From NCBI GenBank assembly GCA_051866635.1, contig JBJDXJ010000033.1, positions 1 through 38,446 on the forward strand: a stretch of DNA of 38,446 nt, written 5' to 3'. The notes under the pieces were generated by a model that saw only the letters and a program-made list of their open reading frames with translations, did no database searches and had not been told where the DNA came from. The position numbers and the translations under genes are program-made. The stretch's first letter is position 1, and each line of letters starts with the position of its first letter. Below are positions 27,134-37,471 of the stretch, piece after piece. The DNA is from Clostridia bacterium. Its GTDB lineage: Bacteria; Bacillota; Clostridia; UMGS1883.

Positions 27134-28418
27134 ACCTATCCTCCGTATTATATAGAGTTCCAAATTCTGATTGATAAACTTTTTTACTGTTCAACTTTTT
27201 TGTTAGAGTTAAATACAAAAGAATTATACAAAAATAAGTGTACATACCAATATGATTTGACCAAGGAATACGTGCATAATCCAACACAATCATCGATGTC
27301 AACACTATAAAAACCATGTTTATTTGAGGTGATATTTTTCTCATTTTGTAGCTCTTCCACCAAATAAATACTATAGGAATATACCATAACAAAAGTCCTA
27401 TCAACCCAAAGTCAGCCGCAATTTCCGCATAATTACAATGACTGTATCTCGGAGGAAGATAACATCCTTCAACAAATTTAATATCTCGAAGCATACAATA
27501 AAAACCGTCCACACCGTGTCCTAACAAAGGTCTATCTTGGAACATATCATATGCAAGCACCTTGTACAGTTCACGCCCATATGCACTCGAATCGGCTATT
27601 TCTTCTGTTCCTGTAACCGTTGAAATCATGTTTGCAAATCTCACCCATACAGTTTCATATAAATACGGAACATTTTGCAGCAAAAAGATAACACATATTG
27701 CCACAAGAAGCGCTATAGTAACATTTTTGATTTTTTTTACCATTCCGGGCTGTGTTATAACATATAAACAGGCAATGATAACAAGTTGTAGCATAGCACC
27801 TCTTGAACCTGAGCACAAAAGGGCAATAACAAAAAAAGCTGCCATCTGTCTGCCATAACGTAAATATTCATATCTGTAAAAAATTACACAAATCAAAACA
27901 AGAAATGTCATTACAGCACCAAAAGTATTCCGTTGTTGACCGATTATATTACCAAAGCCTTCTTCTCCCGCCTTGCCGTACTGTGATAAAGGAGTTGTTA
28001 AAAGAACTGTCAATGCCATTATAACATTACTGTAAATAAATGCTTTTATTACAGAAACTGCCTTATCATAATCACTCACATATAAAAATAGCGAAATGCC
28101 TATTACAAGAATTCTAAATAAGGTAAGAACAGTATTACTGTCTGCCATAGTGCTGTATGCCCATTTGGCAGACAGAGCCGCAAATATTACAAACAAACCA
28201 AACCAAAGTAACAAAAATTTTACATTTTTATACCCTTCCTTTTTTGAACGTATGTCTCTTGTTATAAAGACATCATAACAAACATATGCCACGATACCCA
28301 ACTGTGCGGCAAGCTGAATATACGTCTTTGTGAAAAACAAAGCCATTATAGTAAAATATATAAAAAAGGCAATATCTGTCTTTTTGTTTTTATAACTCAA
28401 ATTGCTCACAGCTATCAT
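27105..28418 (-). CDS. wzy: O-antigen ligase/polymerase family (Wzy) protein
   Basis: Multi-TM protein with SGSRGA, extracellular-loop R...PLLGHG and SHCNYAEIAADFGLIG. Confidence 0.82.
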   Translation of the reverse strand: MIAVSNLSYKNKKTDIAFFIYFTIMALFFTKTYIQLAAQLGIVAYVCYDVFITRDIRSKKEGYKNVKFLLLWFGLFVIFAALSAKWAYSTMADSNTVLTLFRILVIGISLFLYVSDYDKAVSVIKAFIYSNVIMALTVLLTTPLSQYGKAGEEGFGNIIGQQRNTFGAVMTFLVLICVIFYRYEYLRYGRQMAAFFVIALLCSGSRGAMLQLVIIACLYVITQPGMVKKIKNVTIALLVAICVIFLLQNVPYLYETVWVRFANMISTVTGTEEIADSSAYGRELYKVLAYDMFQDRPLLGHGVDGFYCMLRDIKFVEGCYLPPRYSHCNYAEIAADFGLIGLLLWYIPIVFIWWKSYKMRKISPQINMVFIVLTSMIVLDYARIPWSNHIGMYTYFCIILLYLTLTKKLNSKKVYQSEFGTLYNTEDRYESLYYNRL

Positions 28419-28434
28419 AATTAACTCCTATAAA

Positions 28435-29829
28435 CTATTTCTTTCTTGATGTAACATAGAATACAACGCCAAGAACTATCCATATAAGCAGGCATATGTA
28501 AGATTCTTTACCAAGTGAGCAATTAAACAAAGGAATGGGGATAAGGAGTAACACCATAAAAATAATCGCCATAATTGTTCCTATAATGGAGGTTATGATA
28601 ATTCCCGCATTCTTTTCCTTTAACGACAGCTTCAATGCCGCTGCCGAGGTATACCCATATCCAATAGCCGCTCCTAAAGATGACATATCAACAATCCACC
28701 CGAGTGCTGTCCTTCCAAAGAAAGGAGCCACAAGAGAAATTACCATTACAAATATAATAGCATTTGCCGGCGTTTTATACTTTTCATGTAGCTTACCAAA
28801 CCACTTAGGGAGTACTCCTTCAATACTCATAGAATACAAAAGTCTGCTTGTTGCCATATAAAATCCTATTATACCGGAAAGTATTGCTGCCAATACTGCA
28901 ACGCCTAAAAATACGAGACCTGCTGTGCCTAAAAGTTCGTTTGCTGCATTGAAAGTAGGTAACGAAATAAGTCCGGATAAATTTCCTAAATCATCAATGT
29001 ACTCCGCCCAGTTTGCGTATCCGTCCGGTACAACCATTGCTGTAACCGTATTAAGAACAATATAAACAAGTCCGCCAAAAAGAATACTCATCACCATTAT
29101 AAATTTTGTTTTCTTAGGCGAAAACTTAAATTCTTCTGCCGCCTGAGGTATTGTGTCAAATCCTACAAACGCCCAAGGTGCAACCGCTACAACCGAAAGT
29201 ATTCCGGAAAGCTCACTTGTTCCAGGATGATATACGGGTTTAAGGTTTGCAAAACTTGCATTAGGGCTTATAATTGCTGCGATTGTAACAATTGCAACAC
29301 CACCGACAAGTGCAATAGCCAATCCCGTTTGGAATATACCGGCAAACTTAACACCTTTTATACTTAACACCGCAAAGATAACAAGAGCAACCACTGCAAG
29401 CAAAATTTCACCAAAATATATGTCATAACCAGCAACTGTATAATGAAATCCAAATTTGAAAACATCACCCATAAGGTTACGACCAATAAGGGAAAGTGCT
29501 GTACCATTTAAAGGAACAATAGCAAGATACGAAAGCCCTAAAAACCAAGAACACAAAAATGCGTGGTTATTTCCAAAAGCTTTTTGGGTATATGCAAACT
29601 CGCCACCTGCTACAGGGTACTTATTAATCATATAGTTATAGTTAAATGCAATAATAATCATTACAAGTGAAGCAATACCCATAGCAATTGCAGTACCTAA
29701 AGGACCTGCTTTAACCAAAAAGGTATTACCCGGCATTACAAATGCACCCCAGCCTATAATGCACCCAAAAGCCAATGCCCACACATTCATTTGAGATAAC
29801 TTTTTTTCAAGTTTTACTTCATGTTGCAT
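28435..29829 (-). CDS. APC family amino acid permease
   Basis: GCIIGWGAF, YPVAGGEF, WAFVGFD, SRLLYSMS and KYKTP. About 12 TM segments. Confidence 0.93.
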   Translation of the reverse strand: MQHEVKLEKKLSQMNVWALAFGCIIGWGAFVMPGNTFLVKAGPLGTAIAMGIASLVMIIIAFNYNYMINKYPVAGGEFAYTQKAFGNNHAFLCSWFLGLSYLAIVPLNGTALSLIGRNLMGDVFKFGFHYTVAGYDIYFGEILLAVVALVIFAVLSIKGVKFAGIFQTGLAIALVGGVAIVTIAAIISPNASFANLKPVYHPGTSELSGILSVVAVAPWAFVGFDTIPQAAEEFKFSPKKTKFIMVMSILFGGLVYIVLNTVTAMVVPDGYANWAEYIDDLGNLSGLISLPTFNAANELLGTAGLVFLGVAVLAAILSGIIGFYMATSRLLYSMSIEGVLPKWFGKLHEKYKTPANAIIFVMVISLVAPFFGRTALGWIVDMSSLGAAIGYGYTSAAALKLSLKEKNAGIIITSIIGTIMAIIFMVLLLIPIPLFNCSLGKESYICLLIWIVLGVVFYVTSRKK

Positions 29830-29844
29830 ATTTTTCCTCCTAAA

Positions 29845-30753
29845 TTATAATTGTATGTAATTTCCAAGCGTTGTATTAAACTCCTCAGGCTCAAATTGTT
29901 CAAAGCCAGACATATGGTAGAATGTTAACTCTCCAAAATAAACTTTACCGTTACAAATATAAAAATCGCATCTCAAATGTTTTGTGTCTTTTGAAAGTAT
30001 TTTTGCATATTCAAGCATTTCATCAAGTTCTTTCGGTTTTGGTTCAGATTCTTTTACAATCGGCTTTCCTCTAAAACCAACATCTAAAAGATTCCAATCT
30101 GTATCATACATTCGTCTATCAGTCTTACTCTCATCAAGATGACCGCCACGGATTGTAAGGATGGTTTTAGGCTCACCGTTAAATGTGAATATCTTATAAT
30201 CTGACAATTCATCTGCACCACTGTTATCTTCCATATAACTTTCTGCAATAATCCTCGGCTTCACATTTTTATATGGCCATTCACGACACTGCCAAAAATA
30301 ATTTTTTGTAAGACATGTGTTAATCTTTGCTTTTGCGGCTTCTTTATTAAGTTTTGACTTATCGTTACAAATAACCAAGCCTCCTGAATCATGTGTACAT
30401 TTTAATACAAATTTGTCAGGAAGACTGTCAAAATCAATTTTGTCAAAACTGTCCCAAACACCGATTGTAGGGATGATATGTTCTTCACCAATTATATTTT
30501 TCACATATTCCTTTACAAGATACTTATCGACCATTGTAGTATAAATATCTTTTCTATCATTCAGCTTTAACCACTGAAGTTTTTCGTTAAAAGTAGTAGG
30601 ATTTTTTAAATCAAGCTTTTTATGTGTCATTGCCTTATAGGCAATCTTGATATATTTTTCATCGCTCATCCAATTAAAAAGACCTCTTCTTCCAAGAAAA
30701 AGTACCATTTTCCAAGGGTTTGAAATATATTCTTTAAGTTTTCCCATTTGCAT
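29845..30753 (-). CDS. TupA-like ATP-grasp amidoligase
   Basis: NPTTFNEKLQWLKL, FVLKCTHDSG, EWPYKNV, DYK, RCDFY and FGELTF. Confidence 0.92.
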   Translation of the reverse strand: MQMGKLKEYISNPWKMVLFLGRRGLFNWMSDEKYIKIAYKAMTHKKLDLKNPTTFNEKLQWLKLNDRKDIYTTMVDKYLVKEYVKNIIGEEHIIPTIGVWDSFDKIDFDSLPDKFVLKCTHDSGGLVICNDKSKLNKEAAKAKINTCLTKNYFWQCREWPYKNVKPRIIAESYMEDNSGADELSDYKIFTFNGEPKTILTIRGGHLDESKTDRRMYDTDWNLLDVGFRGKPIVKESEPKPKELDEMLEYAKILSKDTKHLRCDFYICNGKVYFGELTFYHMSGFEQFEPEEFNTTLGNYIQL

Positions 30754-30768
30754 CTCCTCCGGGTAAAT

Positions 30769-31659
30769 TTATTTAGGCAATTTTATCCAACTACCAAAAG
30801 TATTATCCCATTCTTCAGGTTCAAACGGAGTCATACCACTCCAGTGGAAAAATGTAATTTCACCAAAATATACTTTTCCATAAATATCATAAAAGTCTAT
30901 TCTCACATGAGGAAGTCCTTTTGACAATACTTCCGCGAGCTCAACCATTTTGTCAAATCCTTGCGGTTTTTGAACTTCTCTATCAGAATTCGGATGACCA
31001 TTTGTAAAAGGCAGATGGTTAAAATCACGGTCAAAAAAGTCAAACTTTGTTTCCTCGTTCGGATTAGCACGGTCCGAAGCTATAAACATAGCCTTAACTT
31101 CCCCATCAAAACAGAAAAACTTGTAGTCCTTCAATTCTGTTCCCGATTCATCAACCATATATTTTTCGGCAATAATTTTTCTCGGAACATTTTTATACGG
31201 CCACTCTCTTCCGTAAGAATAAAAATTAGTCTTAAGACATTTGTTAATCTTCTTTTTTGCAGCATCTTTATCAAGTTTGCTCTTATCCGTACAAATAACT
31301 AAACCGCCTGAATCATGGGTACACTTCAAAACAAACTGTTCAGGAAGATCATCAAAGCCAATTTCGTCGAAGTTATCCCAGAGGCCCAATGTAGGAATGA
31401 TGTATTCCTCACCTATCAGTTCTGCAACATATTCCTTAACGGCGTATTTATCAACCATGGTGGTATAAATATCTTTTCTGTCATAAAGCTTTAACCACTG
31501 AAGTTTTTCATTATATGATTGTGGATTTTCAAGATTCAATTCTTTGCCCATACGTGCTTTGTATATCATTTTCAGATATTTTTCATCACTCATTTTGTCG
31601 AACAAGTGAAGTCTAAATCCTGTATCTAATAACTTTTTTATAAGTTTTCTTTTAACCAT
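30769..31659 (-). CDS. TupA-like ATP-grasp amidoligase
   Basis: NPQSYNEKLQWLKL, FVLKCTHDSG, EWPYKNV, DYKFFCFDG, RIDFY and FGEITF. Likely start is ATG 31659, after RBS GAGGTG. Confidence 0.92.
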   Translation of the reverse strand: MVKRKLIKKLLDTGFRLHLFDKMSDEKYLKMIYKARMGKELNLENPQSYNEKLQWLKLYDRKDIYTTMVDKYAVKEYVAELIGEEYIIPTLGLWDNFDEIGFDDLPEQFVLKCTHDSGGLVICTDKSKLDKDAAKKKINKCLKTNFYSYGREWPYKNVPRKIIAEKYMVDESGTELKDYKFFCFDGEVKAMFIASDRANPNEETKFDFFDRDFNHLPFTNGHPNSDREVQKPQGFDKMVELAEVLSKGLPHVRIDFYDIYGKVYFGEITFFHWSGMTPFEPEEWDNTFGSWIKLPK

Positions 31660-31679
31660 TTTGAACACCTCAAATCGAC

Positions 31680-32735
31680 TTATATCAATTCTTCCCATTG
31701 GCGACAAATTTCATCACGACTTAATTTTTTTCGTACATATTTCGCATTTTCGGAAAGAATATGTCTAAAATCCTTACATTCTGCAATTTTACACATTGCC
31801 TCAAAAAGTTCATTTTCACCCCCGACGGGAATAAGCATACCTGATTTTTCATTTTCAATATATGCCCTTGCTCCTCCGGGGGGACAATCAGTACAAATAC
31901 ATGGCAATCCTATTGCCATAGCCTCAAGCATGGAATTTGATAATCCTTCAAAATCAGATGCAAGAACAAAAGCTTCGGATTTTGTCATAACATTATGTAT
32001 TTCTTTTGAATGACCTTTAAAGAAAATATATTTTTCTGCACCCTTCTCTTTTGCATATGATTCCATTTCATCTTTATATGCCCTGGGCTCACCATCACCG
32101 TAAACCTCCAAAGTATACTCTGGAAACTTTTCATGAAAGCGGATAAAAGCATTTATAAGCATTGGAATATTTTTCTGCTTTGTAATACGGCACGCTGTCA
32201 TAAATACTTTTCTGTGATATTCCTCGTCCCACACGGGCAAATCGTCCTTTAAAGGGTTACCTATAACAACGCCCTTTCTGCGAATTTTTTCTTCAAAATA
32301 ATCCCGTGCATCCTCCGTCTGAAATATCACATTTTTAGCTCTTTTATAAACAAAATTACGAATATTCCATCTCACACGGTCAAATTCAATATATTTAGGA
32401 TCAATTCTTAGTGACGGAATAATCGGGATATTTGTAAGAGAAATCGGTACAAGTTCATCTGTAATAAATGAATATGCCACATCTGCTTTAAATTTCTTAA
32501 CTACTTTTTTCACCTTTAAACTTCTTGCAACAAGTCTTAATAATCCATTTTTTAAATTTGTTTCAACTGCAACGTACTCCACATTAGGATGAAGCTCATA
32601 CTCCCTTTCCTTAGAATAAGCTGCTACAAAGAGAACCTTGTAACCATTTTCGGCGAAATAGTTCGACACAATTGCCGAAACTCTTTCTGCTCCGCCTCCG
32701 GAAAGACCGAAGCCTAAAACCGCTATCCTTTTCAT
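31680..32735 (-). CDS. Glycosyltransferase family 4 (PglH/PglJ-like)
   Basis: GGGAERV, RITKQK and SDFEGLSNSMLEAM...TDCPPGG. Confidence 0.92.
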   Translation of the reverse strand: MKRIAVLGFGLSGGGAERVSAIVSNYFAENGYKVLFVAAYSKEREYELHPNVEYVAVETNLKNGLLRLVARSLKVKKVVKKFKADVAYSFITDELVPISLTNIPIIPSLRIDPKYIEFDRVRWNIRNFVYKRAKNVIFQTEDARDYFEEKIRRKGVVIGNPLKDDLPVWDEEYHRKVFMTACRITKQKNIPMLINAFIRFHEKFPEYTLEVYGDGEPRAYKDEMESYAKEKGAEKYIFFKGHSKEIHNVMTKSEAFVLASDFEGLSNSMLEAMAIGLPCICTDCPPGGARAYIENEKSGMLIPVGGENELFEAMCKIAECKDFRHILSENAKYVRKKLSRDEICRQWEELI

Positions 32736-33286
32736 TAATCGTCACTACCCCAAAAATATTTTTCAATTTCTGCATCTGTCGCATAATTATCTGGCATACC
32801 CATTGTAGTTATCGCCCTCTTTTTCGCCAATTCTTTAACAGAACCTATAATCTTGGCCGGATTGCCTCCAACAATTGCGTCATCATGAACATCCTTTGTA
32901 ACAACGCTACCTGCGGCAACAATCACATTACTTCCAATTGTTACATTATACATAATAATTGAATTTTGTCCAATCATTACGTGGTCGCCGATAATAATTT
33001 TACCCATGTAATATCCATTGTCACTTGTGGGGTATTCAGAATCATTCTTCCATTTGAGCATGCCATGTATGACATCGTGTGTTATAAACGAAACGCCTTT
33101 AGCAATTTTTACATTCTTTCCCATTGCAATAAGATTAGGTTCACTCGGTAGGCTAATGGGTTGAAATAAACAGCCTTCCCCCATATGATGAAACACTTTC
33201 ATTTTTCTGTAGATATCTGCTCTCTTTTTGGGATTGCTTCTGCTTCTTAATAAAACATATAGTTCCACAAGCTTTTTATGCTTCAT
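32735..33286 (-). CDS. Hexapeptide-repeat O-acyltransferase
   Basis: FITHD, IIIGDHVMIG...VTIGSNVIVAAGSVVTKDV and GGNPAKII. Confidence 0.9.
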   Translation of the reverse strand: MKHKKLVELYVLLRSRSNPKKRADIYRKMKVFHHMGEGCLFQPISLPSEPNLIAMGKNVKIAKGVSFITHDVIHGMLKWKNDSEYPTSDNGYYMGKIIIGDHVMIGQNSIIMYNVTIGSNVIVAAGSVVTKDVHDDAIVGGNPAKIIGSVKELAKKRAITTMGMPDNYATDAEIEKYFWGSDD

Positions 33287-34358
33287 CTACTACACTCCTT
33301 AATCTATCGTACCATTTTTCGCAAATCACAGGCAATTCAAGCCTTTCAACGGTTGTTTTTGCCTTTTCTCCCATTATATCACAAATGTCACTATTTGAAA
33401 GCAGTTTTTCTAATTTTTCCGAAAGAATTCTATCATCACCAACGGGAAACAGAAATCCGTTTTCACCGTCATTTATCAGTTCCCTCGGTCCACTTACACA
33501 ATCTGAAGAAATGCATCCCAGCCCTGCATACATACCCTCGCACAAAACATTTGGAAAGCCTTCATAGTGCGATGAAAGAACTAAAATCTTTGCTTTTTTC
33601 AGTTCTTTAAACGGAGCCTCTGTTCTTCCGCACAATAACACTCTGTCAGTTAACTCCAACTTATCAAGATATGATTGTAGCTCGTCGTGCATATCACCTT
33701 TACCAAAGATTTTAACTTTCCAATCAGGATATTTATCAGAAAGAGATTTAAACGCTTTAATAAGGGTTTTAAAATCCTTTTGAGGTTCCAACCTTCCCAT
33801 GCTTATAATAGTATTCTCTTTTACAATTTCACCCTCACACTGAGCATCAAGCTTTTTTGTATCCAAAGGGTTTTCTATCACAAACATTTTTTTCTGCAAC
33901 CATTTAGGATAAAATGTCTTAATTTGCTCTGTTTGAACAAAAATAGCAGATGCTAAGCGGTACACTTGACAACTTAACAAAAAAACAAGCTTAGAATGTT
34001 CCATCAGTGGATTATTACGGTCGCATACCACAACCTTTTTATGTAAAAAAAGAGAGCCCAAAAGCACCTGAAGATTACATCTTAACAAAAATGAAATGCA
34101 AATATCAGTATTCTTTCTTTCTCTAAGTTGCTTTCTTGTACACTTAAAGTCTGAAAAAATCTCGCCAATCTTTCCTTTGCCTTTGTTATTGTACTTAATA
34201 AGCTCAACAGTCTTGTCAACATCATAAAACTGAGGTCTTTTTTCTAAAGACGTAATGCTGACATTATTTTCTTTTAGTGAAAAATATTTCGCTAAAGTGG
34301 TAAGAACATTTTCTGCCCCACCACCTGATAAACTGCTAATATAAAAATCTATATTCAT
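33276..34358 (-). CDS. Glycosyltransferase family 4 (PglH/PglJ-like)
   Basis: GGGAENV, GRLEPQK and SHYEGFPNVLCEGM...DCVSGPRE. Confidence 0.92.
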   Translation of the reverse strand: MNIDFYISSLSGGGAENVLTTLAKYFSLKENNVSITSLEKRPQFYDVDKTVELIKYNNKGKGKIGEIFSDFKCTRKQLRERKNTDICISFLLRCNLQVLLGSLFLHKKVVVCDRNNPLMEHSKLVFLLSCQVYRLASAIFVQTEQIKTFYPKWLQKKMFVIENPLDTKKLDAQCEGEIVKENTIISMGRLEPQKDFKTLIKAFKSLSDKYPDWKVKIFGKGDMHDELQSYLDKLELTDRVLLCGRTEAPFKELKKAKILVLSSHYEGFPNVLCEGMYAGLGCISSDCVSGPRELINDGENGFLFPVGDDRILSEKLEKLLSNSDICDIMGEKAKTTVERLELPVICEKWYDRLRSVVDEA

Positions 34359-34389
34359 ACATTCACGTTCCTTTAAATGTAAACGTTAA

Positions 34390-34959
34390 TTATTTTTTAT
34401 TCCACGCTAACCTTCCATTGTTGCTGATTTTTTTTGCAGGGACTCCCGCAACTGCGATGTTTTCTTCAGAAACGTCTTTGTTAACAACTGCATTTGCACC
34501 AATTGCAACATTTTTTGCAATACGAACACCACCAAGAATGACAGCACCTACACCAACAACTACTCTATCCTCCAAGACAGGTACACTGCTGTCAAGCCCG
34601 CTGGCAACAATAGCAGTATTGATATGCAGTGCACAGTCCTCGCCTAAATGTGCATTCTGATTTATCAGTATGGGTCCGACGTGCATGATTTTAAGCCCTC
34701 TTCCGCAACAGTTCGGCGGTATATGAAGAGTATATTTATTCTGTATTCGATTAAGTCTCGCCTTATAAATCAAATACATAACTTTATTTTTGCTGTTGAT
34801 ATAATATTCCGTCTTTCTCAGCAATATCTGATGGTGCCGTAAAATCCAGCACTCGTCTCCCCCAATAAATGCCTTGAGTCCTCCTTTTCCGTATCTGGGA
34901 AGCTCATAACTCAGCCAATCCTTCAAATCTGCCTTTGTATTAATTCTTCCAACTATCAT
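34390..34959 (-). CDS. Serine-acetyltransferase-like (hexapeptide) polysaccharide acetyltransferase
   Basis: GLKIMHVGPILIN, PVLEDRVVVGVGAVILG, IGANAVV and AGVPAKKI. Likely start is ATG 34959, after RBS AGAGGTG. Confidence 0.88.
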   Translation of the reverse strand: MIVGRINTKADLKDWLSYELPRYGKGGLKAFIGGDECWILRHHQILLRKTEYYINSKNKVMYLIYKARLNRIQNKYTLHIPPNCCGRGLKIMHVGPILINQNAHLGEDCALHINTAIVASGLDSSVPVLEDRVVVGVGAVILGGVRIAKNVAIGANAVVNKDVSEENIAVAGVPAKKISNNGRLAWNKK

Positions 34960-34969
34960 AACAACACCT

Positions 34970-35146
34970 CTATTTGCAAATTTCGTAGGTAGAGCATTTA
35001 TCAAGATCTTCTTTTGTGACCTTTCCGTCACGGTAATCCCTTTTCAAACATAGAATAAGGCTTTTTAGTGAAAATAGCCTTAAATTTATACCATACAACT
35101 CAAAGCGCAAGGATAAAAATGTATTTATGCATATACTGGAAAACAT
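34970..35146 (-). pseudogene. Possible decayed gene 3' fragment
   Basis: Lies in a 330-bp gap within an otherwise tightly packed operon. Protein-like stretches WYKFKAIFTKKPYSMF and RDYRDGKVTKEDLDKCSTYEICK* are in different frames, and the stop codon overlaps the next RBS. Confidence 0.3.
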
Positions 35147-35292
35147 ACCCTATTATCCATCAATTGTGATTTTCTCTTCGGGGAGCGAAAGGGCTTTGTA
35201 GCGGTTGCATATGTAACTTTTACATTGCAGTGATATGTAACAATTACCGTTTCGTTAAGCTTCTTTTCTGCCGCGATATCCTATCCTGAAAT

Positions 35293-36345
35293 TCAATAGT
35301 AAAATTCCCTATACCAGATCGCAAAGCGTCTTAAGCCTTCTCTTAAGCTCGTTGAAGGCTTAAATCCAAAATCTTCCTCAAGTGCCTTTGTGTCTGCATA
35401 AGTAATAGGCACATCTCCCGGTTGCATAGCTACAAGCTCCTTATGTGCTTCAAAGTCATAATCCTTAGGCAGTACACCTGCCCTGACTAATTCCTCCTGC
35501 AAAATTGTTACAAAATCAAGAAGATTTTCAGGCTGATTGTTGCCAATATTATAAATTGCATAAGGGGGCAATGGAAGACCATCTTCCCCTGTTATTTTTT
35601 CAGGTGCCTTTTGCATTACCCGAATAACGCCTTCAACAATATCATCAATATATGTAAAGTCTCTTTTACAGTTTCCGTAATTGAATATTTTAATAGTTTC
35701 ACCCTTAACCAGTTTATCCGTAAAACCAAAGTATGCCATATCAGGTCTTCCGGCAGGCCCGTAAACAGTAAAAAATCTTAGTCCTGTAGAAGGAATATTG
35801 TAAAGCTTGGAATAAGCATGTGCCATAAGTTCGTTTGATTTTTTTGTTGCCGCATACAAAGACACAGGATTATCTACCTTATCGTCTGTAGAATATGGTA
35901 CTTTTTTGTTGGAACCATATACACTCGAAGAACTTGCATATACAAGATGTTCAACGGGATAATTCCTGCATGCTTCAAGGATATTATAAAAGCCTATCAA
36001 ATTTGCTTCAATGTATGCATCAGGATTTGTTATTGAGTATCTTACACCTGCCTGTGCGGCAAGGTTAACAACAACTGAAGGCTTATATTGCTCAAAAACC
36101 TTTGTAATAACCGATTTGTCAGCAATATTTTCCTGTAAAAACATGAAAGAGTCATATTTTGAAAGATCCTTAAGCCTTTCTTTTTTCAGTCTTGTGTCAT
36201 AGTAATCATTTACGTTGTCAATGCCAACAACTTTAATGCCCTCAACATCGGAATAAAGTCTTTTTACTAAGTTTGAACCTATAAATCCTGCTGCACCGGT
36301 AACAAGTACGGTTTTATTCTTTAAATCAACACTGTGTTTAGCCAT
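35293..36345 (-). CDS. UDP-glucuronate 4-epimerase-like NAD-dependent epimerase (CapI type)
   Basis: GAAGFIG, NLAAQAGVRYS, ASSSSVYG, SLYAATKK, YGPAGRPDMA and MQPGDV. Confidence 0.92.
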   Translation of the reverse strand: MAKHSVDLKNKTVLVTGAAGFIGSNLVKRLYSDVEGIKVVGIDNVNDYYDTRLKKERLKDLSKYDSFMFLQENIADKSVITKVFEQYKPSVVVNLAAQAGVRYSITNPDAYIEANLIGFYNILEACRNYPVEHLVYASSSSVYGSNKKVPYSTDDKVDNPVSLYAATKKSNELMAHAYSKLYNIPSTGLRFFTVYGPAGRPDMAYFGFTDKLVKGETIKIFNYGNCKRDFTYIDDIVEGVIRVMQKAPEKITGEDGLPLPPYAIYNIGNNQPENLLDFVTILQEELVRAGVLPKDYDFEAHKELVAMQPGDVPITYADTKALEEDFGFKPSTSLREGLRRFAIWYREFYY

Positions 36346-36361
36346 GAATATTTCCCCCTCA

Positions 36362-37459
36362 TTATTTTACTGTATAAAGTTCCAAAGTTTTGTCTACAAC
36401 ATCGTCCCAATTATACTTTTTACAAATATAATCAGATGCATCTTTCTTATAGTTCGATACTAATTCTTCATCATCACATAACTGTTGCAGTTTTTTTGCC
36501 AACTCACCAACATTGCCCTTTTTGAACACCACGGCTTTATCCTCAACTACTTCTGCACATTCGGGAATATCCGACACTACACAGCAATTGCCGTAACTCA
36601 TGGCCTCCAGCAAGCTCATGGGCATACCTTCCAAATCTGATGGCAATACATATACATAAGCATTACTGTACAATTCATCAAGCTCTTGTCCTACAACAAA
36701 ATCAGTAAAAACAATATTGTCATTATGTTTACAAATATCTTTTATTTCTTCCAAAAATACATCGGTATCACTTGAGCCACCGGCAATAACAAGTTTTTTG
36801 TCCGTATTAAGTTTTAAATAGGCATCTATGAGATATGTAATCCCTTTCTCGGGAACTATTCTTCCCAAATACAAGATATAGCTGTCTTTTGTAAGATTCC
36901 ATTTCTCAGTTATCGTTTTTGCCTCAGCACATACAGGTTTTTCAATGCCGTTAGAAATAAAAACGGTATCCCTATTGTACGTATTTTTAAAATACTCCTT
37001 CACATTTTTAGACAGCACAATAATTTCATCTGCAAACTTAACTGCCATTTTTTCACCAAATAGCAGATATTTTGTAGCAAAACCTCCCCATTTGCTGCGT
37101 TGCCAGTCCAAGCCGTGTATTGTAACAACAATTTTCTTTCCGAAAAGCTTGGGAAGCCAGCACATAGCCGAGGGACCTTCTGCATGAAAATGAACAACAT
37201 CATAGCATCCAAAAGCCGCTCTTATAGAAGCAAATAAAGAGGAAGTCATTGCGGCAATGCCACGGATATCAATAGTCAATACAGGCTTTATTTTTATGCC
37301 TTTATATTCTTTTATTTTTTCATATTCTTTTCTGCTTCGACTGTAACACGTAACTTCGTGTCCCCTTTTTACAAAGCGTGTGCAGAGTTCTTCAACAACT
37401 ATTTCAACCCCGCCATCTCTTGAAGGTATTCTTTTATGTCCAATTACAGCTATTTTCAT
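36362..37459 (-). CDS. Glycosyltransferase family 4
   Basis: GHKRIPSRDGGVE, HGLDWQRSKW, GRIVPEKG and SDLEGMPMSLLEAM. Confidence 0.92.
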   Translation of the reverse strand: MKIAVIGHKRIPSRDGGVEIVVEELCTRFVKRGHEVTCYSRSRKEYEKIKEYKGIKIKPVLTIDIRGIAAMTSSLFASIRAAFGCYDVVHFHAEGPSAMCWLPKLFGKKIVVTIHGLDWQRSKWGGFATKYLLFGEKMAVKFADEIIVLSKNVKEYFKNTYNRDTVFISNGIEKPVCAEAKTITEKWNLTKDSYILYLGRIVPEKGITYLIDAYLKLNTDKKLVIAGGSSDTDVFLEEIKDICKHNDNIVFTDFVVGQELDELYSNAYVYVLPSDLEGMPMSLLEAMSYGNCCVVSDIPECAEVVEDKAVVFKKGNVGELAKKLQQLCDDEELVSNYKKDASDYICKKYNWDDVVDKTLELYTVK

Positions 37460-37471
37460 ATTTTCACCACA

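Noticed and set aside
34390-34959. cysE (cysteine biosynthesis serine acetyltransferase)
   Set aside because: It lacks the CysE N-terminal domain and lies among glycosyltransferases, so a polysaccharide O-acetyltransferase is more likely.
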